Both the position numbers and the translations under genes were made by a program. From Phyllobates terribilis (taxonomy: Eukaryota), in assembly GCF_046119375.1 (NCBI RefSeq), contig NW_027362774.1:27838001-27902000 (forward strand): DNA of 64,000 nt, given 5' to 3'. The notes beneath the pieces were generated by a model that saw nothing but the letters and a program-made list of their open reading frames with translations, was not told the DNA's origin and did no database searches. This document shows, piece by piece, positions 36,690 to 47,801 of this stretch. The stretch's first letter is position 1, and each line of letters starts with the position of its first letter.

Positions 36690-38730
36690 TACTCCCCTAC
36701 ACCACTATATACCTCTACTCCTCCTCCCCTGTCCCTCTATATACCCCCTCCTCCCCCCATGTCCCTCTATATACCCCCCTCCTCCCCCACGTCCCTCTAT
36801 ATACCCCCCTCCTCCCCCACGTCCCTCTATATACCCCCCTCCTCCCCCACGTCCCTCTATATACCCCCCTCCTCCCTTCCAGTACCTCTATATACCCCCT
36901 CCTCCTACCCTGTCCCACTATATACCACCTCCTCCCTTCCTGTCCCTCTATATACCCCTCCTCCTCCCCTGTCCCTCTATATACCCCTCCTCCTCCCCTG
37001 TCCCTCTATATACCCCCTCCTCCCTTCCTGTCCCTCTATATACCCCCTCCTCCCCCGTCCCTCTATATACCCCCTCCTGTCCCTCTATATACCCCCTCCT
37101 GTCCCTCTATATACCCCCTCCTGTCCCTCTATATACCCCCTCCTCCCCTCCTGTCCCTCTATATACCCCCCTTCTCCCTTCCTGTACCTCTATGTACCCC
37201 CTCCTCCTCCCCTGTACCTCTATGTACCCCCTCCTCCCTTCCTGTCCCTCTATATACCCCCTCCTCCCTTCCTGTCCCTCTATATACCCCCTCCTCCCCC
37301 CGTTCCTCTATATACCCCCTCCTCCCCCCCGTCCCTCATGTACCCCCCTCCTCCCTTCCTGTCTCTCTATATACCCCCTCCTCCCCCCTATATACCCCCT
37401 CCTCCCTTCCTGTCCCTCTATATACCCCCCTCCTCCCTTCCTGTACCCCTATATACCCCCCTCCTCCCTTCCTGTACCCCTTCCTGTCCCTCTATATACC
37501 CCCTCCTCCCCCCTGTCCCTCTATATACCCCCTCCTCCCATCCTGTCCTTCTATATACCCCCTCCCCCTATATACCCCCTCCTCCCTTCCTGTCCCTCTA
37601 TATACCCCCTCCTCCCATTCTGTCCTTCTATATACCCCCTCCCCCCTATATACCCCCTCCTCCCTTCCTGTCCCTCTATATACCCCCTCCTCTGTACCTC
37701 CCTCCTCCCTTCCTGTCTCTCTATATACCCCCTCCTCCCCCCCCTATATACCCTCTCCTCCCTGTCCCTCTATATACCCCCTCCTCCCTTCCTGTCCCTC
37801 TATACACCCCCCTCCTCCCTTCATGTACCCCCTCCTCCCTTCCTGTCCCTCTATATACCCCCTCCTCCCCCTGTCCCTCTATGTACCCCCCTCCTCCTCC
37901 CCCCGTGTCCCTCTATATACCCCCTCCTCCTCCCCTGTCCCTCTATACACCCCCCTCCTCCCTTCCTGTCCCTCTATATACCCCCTCCTCCCCCCCTATA
38001 TACCCTCTCCTCCCTTCCTGTCCCTCTATACACCCCCCTCCTCCCTTCCTGTACCCCCCTCCTCCTCCCCTGTACCTTTATGTACCCCCTCCTCCCTTCC
38101 TGTCCCTCTATACACCCCCCTCCTCCCTTCCTGTCCCTCTATATACCCTCTCCTCCCTTCCTGTCCCGCTATACACCCCCCTCCTCCCTTCCTGTACCCC
38201 CCTCCTCCTCCCCTGTACCTCTATACACCCCCCTCCTCCCTTCCTGTCCCTCTATATACCCCCTCCTCCCCCCCTGTCCCTCTATGTACCCCCCTCCTCC
38301 TCCCCCCCTGTCCCTCTATGTACCCCCCTCCTCCTCCCCCCCTGTCCCTCTATGTACTCCCCTCCTCCTCCCCCCCTGTCCCTCTATGTACTCCCCTCCT
38401 CCTCCCCCCTGTCCCTCTATGTACTCCCCTCCTCCTCCCCCCTGTCCCTCTATGTACCCCCCTCCTCCTCCCCCCGTGTCCCTCTATATACCCCCTCCTC
38501 CTTCCCCCGTGTCCCTCTATATACCCCCTCCTCCTTCCCCCCTATATACCCCCTCCTCCCTTCCTGTCCCTCTACACACCCCCCTCCTCCCTTCCTGTCC
38601 CTCTATATACCCCCTCCCCCCCCCCCTATATACCCTCTCCTCCCTTCCTGTCCCTCTATACAACCCCCTCCTCCCTTCCTGTACCCCCCTCCTCCTCCCC
38701 TGTACATCCATATACCCCCCACCTATATCC
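36690..38730. repeat. C-rich degenerate minisatellite upstream of the TMEM231 ATG (source of the 700-840 aa Pro-rich ORFs)
   Basis: Unit ~ctgtccctctatataccccctcctcccttc; extreme C/G strand skew. Confidence 0.95.
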
Positions 38731-38759
38731 CGGCCTCCCCGCCGTCCTCCCTTCTCCCG

Positions 38760-39020
38760 GGATGACCCCGGAGGGTGAGATGCGGCCCCGGATCCCGCGG
38801 TTACCACTTTATAGAAGCTCCCAAGCGCGCGCTCCCCAGACTGCGGTCTCCATAGTAACAGACGCCATCAACCGGAAACAAAGTGCAATGACAAACAGCA
38901 CACCGGAAGTTGTTCCTGACCACGTGATACTGGGCAGCCGCTATACCTACATTGACTGTATAGACACAGCTCTGCGGCCTAGTTCCTCACAGCAGAGTCT
39001 GCTGGGAGTTGTAGTTCCTC
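38760..39020 (-). promoter_or_regulatory. Probable TMEM231 promoter: RFX X-box, ETS, E-box, ZNF143/THAP11-type motif
   Basis: CpG-rich; GTCTCCATAGTAAC (38846-38859), CCGGAAGT (38903-38910), CACGTG (38921-38926), GCTGGGAGTTGTAGTTCC (39001-39018). Confidence 0.6.
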
Positions 39021-39309
39021 AGCAGGAGAAGGAGAGCATAGACTGCAGAAAATTGCTGTTTGTGACTGTGCACTCACTGCTCATTACTGGGTGCTGCCCT
39101 CTTATTTGGGGGCAGGGACCTGCGCTCCCCACCGCCTGTCCCATGGATAAGCAATAATGGGGCTTATAAAGGGTTACGACCTTCCACCCCATTGTTGTAC
39201 GGTGCTGTGGAATATGTTGGCGCTATATAATATATTGCTATATCGCCTGCTGTGTCTCATCGCACCACTTTTTGGTGTCATTTGCGTTTTATTTCTCCAC
39301 CATGTGTAA

Positions 39310-39425
39310 GCTCTCCACTTGCCGGCGGAGAATGAGGACGTTCACTTGCCGGCAGAGAATGAGGACGTTCACTTGCCGGCGGAGAATGAGGACGTTCACT
39401 TGCCGGCGGAGAATGAGGACGTTCC
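39310..39425. repeat. 27-bp tandem repeat x4
   Basis: ttcacttgccggcggagaatgaggacg. Confidence 0.9.
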
Positions 39426-40208
39426 TGTAAACTCCACATCTGATCTCGCGGCTGAATCTGCTCCTCTTGTATCCGATCCAATCCTCTGATACATTATAGC
39501 AAACCATCAGAACACGAAGCGATGTGTGCGCTGTGAGCACTGTCCAGACCGGGTGCAAATATAACAACGCTCGGTGGCTTAAGAGGAAATGGCGAAGAAG
39601 TAAAAATGAGATTTAAGAAAGTTGCTGAACTTTCCTGAAGGCGTCCGGTGAAAAGTGATCACTTACAGGCAGGAGAGCTGAGAACATGATCCTGTGTCCG
39701 ACCTCTGGGCACCGATCAGCTTTTATCTCTGGTATGAAATGGAGCGTCAGGGGCCCCATCCACCTCCAATTATAAGGAGCTATTGGACTGCAGAGGGCCC
39801 ATATACTGACCTTACACAGCGGCCTCTTCTGTCTGTCTCCACTCCTGACATAAGGGCTCAGTGGATCCAACTAGACCCAGAACAATCCTATCAGACACTG
39901 TAATGGTACGTGCCCACCATCCGTAATGGCAGCGTTTTGGACACAGCTCACCTGCACTGCGTTCCACATTACAAGCACAACGGATGGCTTTACAGAAATC
40001 CCATGGCCTCTGTGCTTCTGTTTGACGCGGTGTAAACTCACCGGCAGTGCGGCTTTACGAGCCGCAGCCTGTCAATTTCTATTGCTGTAGGGTGCGGTAA
40101 CTCCGCATTGTTCAATGAACACGTGGATTTACCTGCACAATTAGAAGGCAACATTTTAGAAGCAGCAAAAATAAGCTGCTATATCCTTGATAGTGGGAAG
40201 TAGCCTGA

Positions 40209-40403
40209 GACCACGGCCCCACTATCAGTATTCGGTCAGTATTTGGTCAGTATTTTTTCTCAGGAGTGGGAGCCAAAACCAGGTGAGAAACAATCAGAGA
40301 AAAGGTATAATAGAAACAAGTCACCAATTCTGCAATTATCACCCACTCCTGAGAAAAAATACTGACCGAATACTGACCAAATACTGATAGTGGGACCGTG
40401 GCC
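40209..40403. mobile_element. Small palindromic Harbinger-like MITE
   Basis: GACCACGGCCCCACTATCAGTATT...AATACTGATAGTGGGACCGTGGCC; flanks tga/tta. Confidence 0.6.
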
Positions 40404-42266
40404 TTAGGCAGTCACCGTCTCCTTGCTGGAGTTATCTTTACATCGTATGCATTATAGTATCTGTCTTAGATTAGTGGTCTGGGGTCTGCATTAGTTTAGG
40501 GGTCTGAAGTCTCTGTTACTTTAGGGATCTGGTCTGGGGTCTCTTACATTAGGGGTTTAGGGGTGTGTATTAGATTAGGGGTCTGGTCTGGGGTCTATAT
40601 TAGATTAGGGGTCTGGTATGGGGTCTGGTCTGGGGTCTGTGTTCTGGGGTCTGTATTATGTTAAGAGTTTGGTGTTTGTGTTAGATTAGGGGTCTGATCT
40701 AGGGTCTATATTAGTTTAGGGGTCTGCATTAGATTAGGGGTCTAGTCTGGGGTCTGCATTAGATTAGGAGGGGTGATCTGGTGTCTGTATTAGTTTAGGG
40801 GTCTGGAGTCTCTGTTAGTTTAGGGGTCTGGTCTGAGGTTTGTATTAGATTAGGAGTCTGGTCTGGGGTGTGTATTAGAATAGGAGTCTGGTCTGGGTGT
40901 TTATTAGTATAGGGGTCTTGTCTGGGGTCTGTATTAGATTAGAGGTCTGGTGTGGGGTGTTTATTAATATAGGAGTCTGGTCTAGGGTCTGTATTAAATT
41001 AGGGGTCTGGTGTCTATTAGTTTAGGGGACTGGTCTGGGATCTGTATTAGATTAGGAGTCTGGGGTCTGTATTAGATTAGAGGTCTGGTCTGGGGTCTGT
41101 ATTAGTTTATGGGTATGGTCTGGGGTCTGTATTAGATTAGGGGTCTGGTCTGGGGTCTGTATTAGATTAGGTTTCTGGCCTCGGGTCTGTATTAGATTAA
41201 GGGTCAGGTGTCTGTATTAGATTAAGGGTCAGGTGTCTGTGTTAATTTCAGGGTCTTGTTTGAGGTCGGTATTAGTTTAGAGGTCTAGTCTGGGGTCTGG
41301 TGTGTGCCTTAGATTAAGGGTCTGGTCTGGGGTCTGTATTAGATTAGGGGTCTGTATTAAATTAGGGGTCTGGTGTCGGTATTAGTTTAGGGGACTGGTC
41401 TGGGATCTGTATTAGATTAGGAGTCTGGGGTCTGTATTAGATTAGGGGTCTGGAGTCTGTATTAGATTAGGGGTCAGGGGTCTGTATTAGTTTATGGGTA
41501 TGGTCTGGGGTCTGTATTAGATTAGGGGTCTGGTCTGGGGTCTGTATTGGATTAGGTGTCTGGCCTCGGGTCTGTATTAGATTAGGGGTCAGGTGTCTGT
41601 ATTAGATTAGGGGGTCTTGTCTGGGATCTGTGTTAATTTCAGGGTCTTGTCTGAGGTCTGTATTAGTTTAGGGGTCTGGTCAGGGGTCTGTGTTAATTTT
41701 GGGGTCTGTATTAGATTAGGGGTCTGTGTTAGATTAGGGGTCTGGTCTGGGGTCTGTGTTAGTTTAGGGATCTGGTCTGGGGTCTGTATTAGATGAGGCG
41801 TCTGGTCTGGGGTGTGTATTAGATTAGGGATCTGGTCTGGGGTCTGTATTAGATTAGTGGTCTGGTCTGGGGTCTGTATTAGATTAGTGGTCTGGTATCT
41901 GTATTAGATTAGGGGTCTAGTCTGGGGTCTGTATTAGATGAAGGGACTGGTCTGGGGTCTGTATTAGATTATGGATCTGGTCTGGGGTCTGTATTAGATT
42001 AGGGGTCTGGTCTGTGTTAGATTAGGGATCTGGTCTGGGGTCTGTATTAGATGAGAGGTCTGATCTGGGGTCTGTATTAGATTAGGGATCTAGTATGGGG
42101 TCTGTATTAGATGAGGAGTCTGGTCTAGGGTCTGTATTAGATTAAGGATCTAGTCTGGGGTGTGTATTAGATTAGGGATCTGGTCTGGGGTCTGTATCAG
42201 ATTAGGGGTCCGGTCTGGGGTCTGTATTAGATTAGAGATCTGGTCTGGAGTCTATATTAGTTTAGG

Positions 42267-45200
42267 CAGGGACGGACCTACCGCAGAAGCAGCTGGTGCA
42301 ACTGCACCTTGGTCCGGCGGTGCAGGGGGGCCCTTGCCGGGCGGTTAATATTGAGGGCATCATATGCGGCGGACAGGGAACAGCTCCGCTGCTGAGAGGA
42401 GGAGAATGGCAGCGGAGATGGAGGGATCCATCCTCATCTTTGCTTCCTGCCCGGTGCTTCATCCGTTTTTTTTAAATCAGATACATTTTTATTCATTTAG
42501 AAAAAACAATAATGAAATACAACTTCACTATAACAATTTTCCATTTTCTTATTAGCAAAAAGAACCCCACCCTCAACCCACCTCCCCTTTAACAGACAGC
42601 AATAATCCCTAGTCGTTATATAAGATATGATCCAATATCCCACAAAACATCCTATATCCATTTCTATGCATTTCGTAGTGTATTCACCGGAATCTTCCCT
42701 TCAATAGCATTAGTCACACCTTCCATGGTGCCCATAGGTTGTCACTGAGTTTAGCATTTTTCCTTTTAAAATAAATGTTCTCCTCCATCCGTAGCACATA
42801 ATCCACCTGCCTTATATACTCTTGTCTAGAGGGAGGCTCCCTTCGCACCCAATACCTTGCTATTACCTTTCTAGCTGCATATAATAGTCTGGCAATTGTC
42901 AATTTTGCGATATCATTCCCCACAAGTTCCTCCACATATCCCAACAAGTAAACTATTGGATTTCTAGGAATTATACAGTGATAACACCCTTCAATTAGGG
43001 CAGCTACTTCAGACCAATAGCTTGCAAGTTTTGGGCAACTCCACATAACATGTAGTATATCGGCAGCTTCTGACCCACATCTCAGGCAATCCGAGGTCTC
43101 CCGTACTCCTATTCTGAGCAAAAAATCAGACGACCTATACGCTCTGTGAATAAGAAGTAGTTGGGACATTCTGGCGGGTTCACTTAGAGACAGCTTAGGG
43201 ATATATTCTAATATGGATTCCCATTTGTCATCCTCAATGGTACCAATATCTGCTTTCCACTTTCCCTTAGCCAAAACAGGATAATTCAGTAGAAAGGTGT
43301 GAAGCAGATCCGCATACACCGTAGATATGACGCCTGTTGTACATCCCCCCATACAGATATAATCAATAACGATATCCCTTTGAACAGATAGGTTCCTCAT
43401 TTTCCCTTGTTTAATAAACGCATGTTTAACCGGTGTATACTGATAGCTGTGTCTGTCCGATAAGTGAAATTCCTCTTTCAGCGTCTCTAGGGTTTTGATG
43501 CTTTGATTATCCATCAGTGGATAGCTATATTGTATACCCTTTGCCACCCAACCTCTCAGCGCTCTTATTTTGTAAAATTCACATAGGTTTTCATTATCCC
43601 AAATAGGAGTATACATTGTCAGCCCCACTATGCCTCTAATCTTATTCACCCTTGTCCACAATTTATGGACTAGGCCACAGGTCGGGTATGACTTACCCAT
43701 CCTCCCAAAAAGTCCCGTTTCTAGACCCATTACCTATGGACTTTTTTTTAAGATGAAGTTCCAGAACCGCCTGAATAGTCCCCTTCACTGCCCTCTGCGC
43801 CCACCCTCTAATATGTTGGGACTGTGCTGCCAAAAAATATACCCATGGGTTTGGTAGAGCGAGACCCCCCTCTTCCTTCGGCCTTTGGAGAGTCTCCAGC
43901 TTAATCCTAGGCTGCCCTCCACCCCAGACCAGATCTCTAAATATTGCATTAATGCGCTGGAACACTGGCTGAGGAATCCACACAGGAGAGTTATGTAAAA
44001 CGTACCACAATTTGGGCATCAGCACCATTTTAAGAAGATTGGTGCGTCCCACCACCGAGAGGCGCATTTTGCTCCATGTAGATGCTTTATCCTTTAATTT
44101 CCCCAGTATTGGGTATACATTCAACTGAAGGTACTCCTTTACTGGTAATGTTATTGTAATTCCAAGATACTTAAATTCTCGTACCAACTTGAGTTGTGTC
44201 CGCTCCACCTGTTCAACATCTAGACTATTCAGGGAGTCTATTTCCATAATATGAGATTTATCCCAATTAATTTGTAACCCAGATAATAGACCAACATCTA
44301 TTGATAATAGCTATTGCTCCATGTAATGATATCTGAGGGTCTTGTAAGAATAATAAAATATCATCTGCGTACAATGCTATCTTCTCCTCCGCCACACCAT
44401 ACCGGAATCCCCTCACCACGTCTGATTGTCTCAGTACAGCAGCCAACGGCTCTATGGCCAGGGCAAATAACAGCGGGGAGAGGGGGCAGCCCTGTCTGGT
44501 TCCTCTAGTCAAATCAAATTTATCTGACCGCTCCCCATTTACTCTCAATCTAGCCACCGGAAGTGTATATAATAATTTTATCCATGCCAAAAAAAACGGA
44601 CCAATTCCCATCAACTGGAGAACACGCCAGAGATAACTCCACTCCACACTATCAAAGGCTTTCCTTGTGTCTAATGAGACCACCACTCTATGTCCAGCAT
44701 TATCAGCGGCCAATTGCATATTAAGGAATAGCCACCTCAAGTTAATGGCCGTCGATCTATCCGGCATATATCTTGACTGATCCGGGTGAACAACAGCAGA
44801 GACCACCAGGCTCAATCGGTTAGACATTACTTAAGCTAAAATTTTAATATCAGCAAGTACTAAGTATATGGGTCTATACGAATCTGGCTGTGTCCGGTCC
44901 TTATCTGCCTTGGGCAGAACCACCACCGTAGCCTCCCGCATTGACTCCGGTAATTCTCCCACCTCCAGAGGCGCCATAAACACATCTTTTAATTTTGGTA
45001 ATAGTACATCTCTAAGATGTTTATAGAACTCTGTCGGTAAACCATCTGCAAATGGAGCTTTATTATTTGCCATTGAAGCCAAAGCTTCCTCCATTTCCTC
45101 TACCGTCAGGGGGCCCTCCAAGCTATCCCTAGCCTCCTCACTAAGCCTAGACAACTGAATACCCCTCAAAAATTGGTCTATATCATCTCCCGTCCGGTGC

Positions 45201-46777
45201 TTCATCCTTGACACAGGCCTGCTGGGGAGAGCAATGAAGGGGCTGGGCAGAGCAATGATGGAGCTGGAGAGAGGTTGAGAGAGAGCAATGATGGGGGTGC
45301 TGGGAGAGAGCAATGATGGGGGTGCTGGGAGAGAGCAATGATGGGGGTGCTGGGAGAGAGCTATGATGGGGGTCTCTTTGCTTGTACTGTGAAGCCTTGT
45401 ATGTTTTCCGTGTGCACATAGCCTTACAGTTAATTGGGGAGAGTCACAGAGACTGAATAATTTATATTATTGGCCGGTGCAGATTATAGTTAATGGGGGG
45501 CACAGTGCTGCTTATCACTTTATATTTTGATTACTAAGTGGCTAATAGTATATTAATGGGGGGGTTACATATCTGTATTCGAGGACGTAGAGCGGGGGAG
45601 ACATGTATATATACAATATATGTGACCTTCTTATTTTCTAGGCTGGAGATCATCATGACAAGACGAGACGTGGCTGGGAGATGTCGACATGAAGGTCTGA
45701 CCAGATGGAGAAGAAGCAGCAGAAACTGACTGATCAGATGAGACGTCAGCGGTAAGTGCCTGGATGTAAATATTATTCTGTATCTGCGCTGTGTGAATTG
45801 GAGTGATAATGTTATCTGTAAAATCCCTTAGCCCACATTCTCACATTTGTGTGAAATGTCCGTGTGCTGCCAGATTTTTTTATGGGATGGTCCATGGACT
45901 CGTAGAGTTTTATAGATCCATTCACACATCCATGAAAATCACGGATCTGAGAATGAGATCTGTGAGGGTCAGAGAATGTCCTGTTCTGATCCGATTTTGA
46001 GGATTAGAATAGGACATGCTCAATGCGTCAGTAAAAGCAGGCAGCACACCGACACTGCACACGGATACAGGAATGTAACCTTATGTATAGCACAGTCCCT
46101 TAGTATATAGTGTACTCACTTATTATGTATAGCATACGCCCTTAGTATATAGTGTACTCACTTATTATGTATAGCATACGCCCTTAGTATATAGTGTACT
46201 CATTTATTATGTATAGCGCCATCCTTAGTTATATAGTTTCCTCTTTTATTATGTATATCATCGTCCCTTATTACGTACCATCCTCTCTAGTTATATATGT
46301 TGCCGTCCCTTATTATATAGCTTCCTCAGCTGTTATGTACAGTGCTGTCCCTTACATAGCGTATTCTTGTTATTTTTGTCAGTCACAGCGCCCTCTTTTA
46401 TTACATAGTCATCTCTTCTTAGATATAAAATGACGGCTGATGGAGCAGCCGGTGACCAGAAGACCAGTCGATCAGCTCCTACATCAGAAAAGAAGCTTTC
46501 CCATGCTCCATCAGCCGTCATTGCATTATATATCTAACAAGAGAGGACGGTATGTAATAAAGAACAGGGCGCTATAGATAATCCAATATGTATTGGACGG
46601 TGCTGTACATAACAAGAGAGGGCAGTGTGTAATAAGGGGCAGCAATATACATAATAAAGGAGGCTATGTAAGAGGTATATATGTGTGTGTGGCATCTGTA
46701 GCTTTGTAGCCATAAAAGGTGGGGGGCCCAGACACATTTCTTGCACAGGAGCTGCAGGCAGTCAGTGTCCGCCCCTG
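42267..46777. mobile_element. Unclassified TIR element with a 6-bp target duplication, host of the L1
   Basis: CAGGGACGGAC...GTCCGCCCCTG; tttagg on both sides; removing it restores the satellite unit tattagtttaggggtctgg. Confidence 0.72.
42465..45193 (-). mobile_element. 5'-truncated L1-clade LINE (ORF2 RT to C-terminal Cys domain), decayed
   Basis: RT motifs LDTRKAFDSVEW, GTRQGCPLSPLLFAL, YADDILL; CLRCGS...HVMWSC; ORFs broken by stops/frameshifts; AATAAA and short poly-A at 42466-42493; 14-bp TSD ccggtgcttcatcc (42451-42464, 45194-45207). Confidence 0.93.
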
Positions 46778-47589
46778 TTTAGGGGTCTGGTCTCTGTAAG
46801 ATGAGGCATCTGGTCTGGGGTCTATATTAGATTAGGGGTCTAGTCTGAGGTCTGTATTAGTTTAGGGATCGGGTCTGGATTGGATTAGGGGTTTGGTCTG
46901 GAGTCTGTATATTAGTTTAGGGGTTTGGTCTGGGGGCCGTATTGGATTAGGGGTCTGGTTTGGGGTCTGTATTAGTTTAGGGGTCGGGTCTGGAATGGAT
47001 TAGGTGTCTGGTCTGGAGTCTGTATATTAGTTTAGGGGTCTGGTCTGGGGTCTGTATTGGATTAGGGGTCTGGTCTGGGGTCAGTATTGGATTAGGGGTC
47101 TGTATATTAGTTTAGGGGTCTGGTCTGGGGTCTGTATATTAGTTTAGTGGTCTAGTCTGGGGTCTCTATTGGATTAGGGGTCTGGTCTGAGGTCTGTGTT
47201 GGATAAGGGGTCTGGTCTGTATTAGTTTAGTGGTCTGGTCTGGGGTCAGTATTGGATTAGGGGTCTGTATATTAGTTTAGGGGTCTGGTCTGGGGTCTGT
47301 ATATTAGTTTAGTGGTCTAGTCTGGGGTCTCTATTGGATTAGGGGTCTGGTCTGAGGTCTGTGTTGGATTAGGGGTCTGGTCTGGGGTCTGTGTCGGTCT
47401 CAGCGTGTGTTGGGCCATCTCCACAGCTTGTGCCTCTTGTGCGGTCGGTTGCACCGTGTCCTGTGTGCAGAGGCTCCTGGTGTCTGTGGGGACACTCGGG
47501 GTCGGACCCTTCGGCCTCGGGGTCACTGACAGCAGAAGGTGTCACGTGTGAACACTTCCTGATCTCGCACTTGTACGGGGACGCTGCCC

Positions 47590-47767
47590 TGTGACCGCAC
47601 TGTCCTTGATGACGTCACCGGCGCATGCTTACGTCGCTGATGACTCCTCCCTGTTTTTTGCTCAACTGTGGGAGGAGTCAGAGAACAGAAAGCGTTTTGG
47701 CACGGAAGTGACGTCAGAGGGAGGCTCCGCCCTGTTGTTGTTGTCGTTGCTGTCTGTGCTCGGGAAC
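47590..47767 (+). promoter_or_regulatory. GABARAPL2 proximal promoter with CRE and composite ETS-CRE
   Basis: TGACGTCA (47610-47617), GCGCATGC (47621-47628), CGGAAGTGACGTCA (47703-47716); CpG-rich. Confidence 0.65.
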
Positions 47768-47801
47768 ATGAAGTGGATGTTCAAGGAAGACCACGCACTG
47801 G
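47768..47801 (+). CDS. GABARAPL2: GABARAPL2 exon 1 (coding part)
   Basis: aacATGAAGTGG...CTGG|gtgag. Confidence 0.95.

Larger units (their letters stand above)
40480..47390. repeat. ~30-bp TTAGGG-containing minisatellite, split by a nested insertion (42267-46777)
   Basis: Unit tctgtattagattaggggtctggtctgggg at ~40480-42266 and 46778-47390. Confidence 0.93.

Noticed and set aside
36636-39157. 700-840 aa Pro/Tyr/Leu-rich ORFs in all three forward frames
   Set aside because: All three frames are open because the C-rich minisatellite lacks stop codons; they are antisense to TMEM231 and show no domain content.
40480-47390. Interstitial telomere or functional link to the neighbouring TERF2IP gene of the human locus
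   Set aside because: TTAGGG occurs singly within a 30-bp unit, not as tandem hexamers; TERF2IP is not in the window and any link would be speculation.
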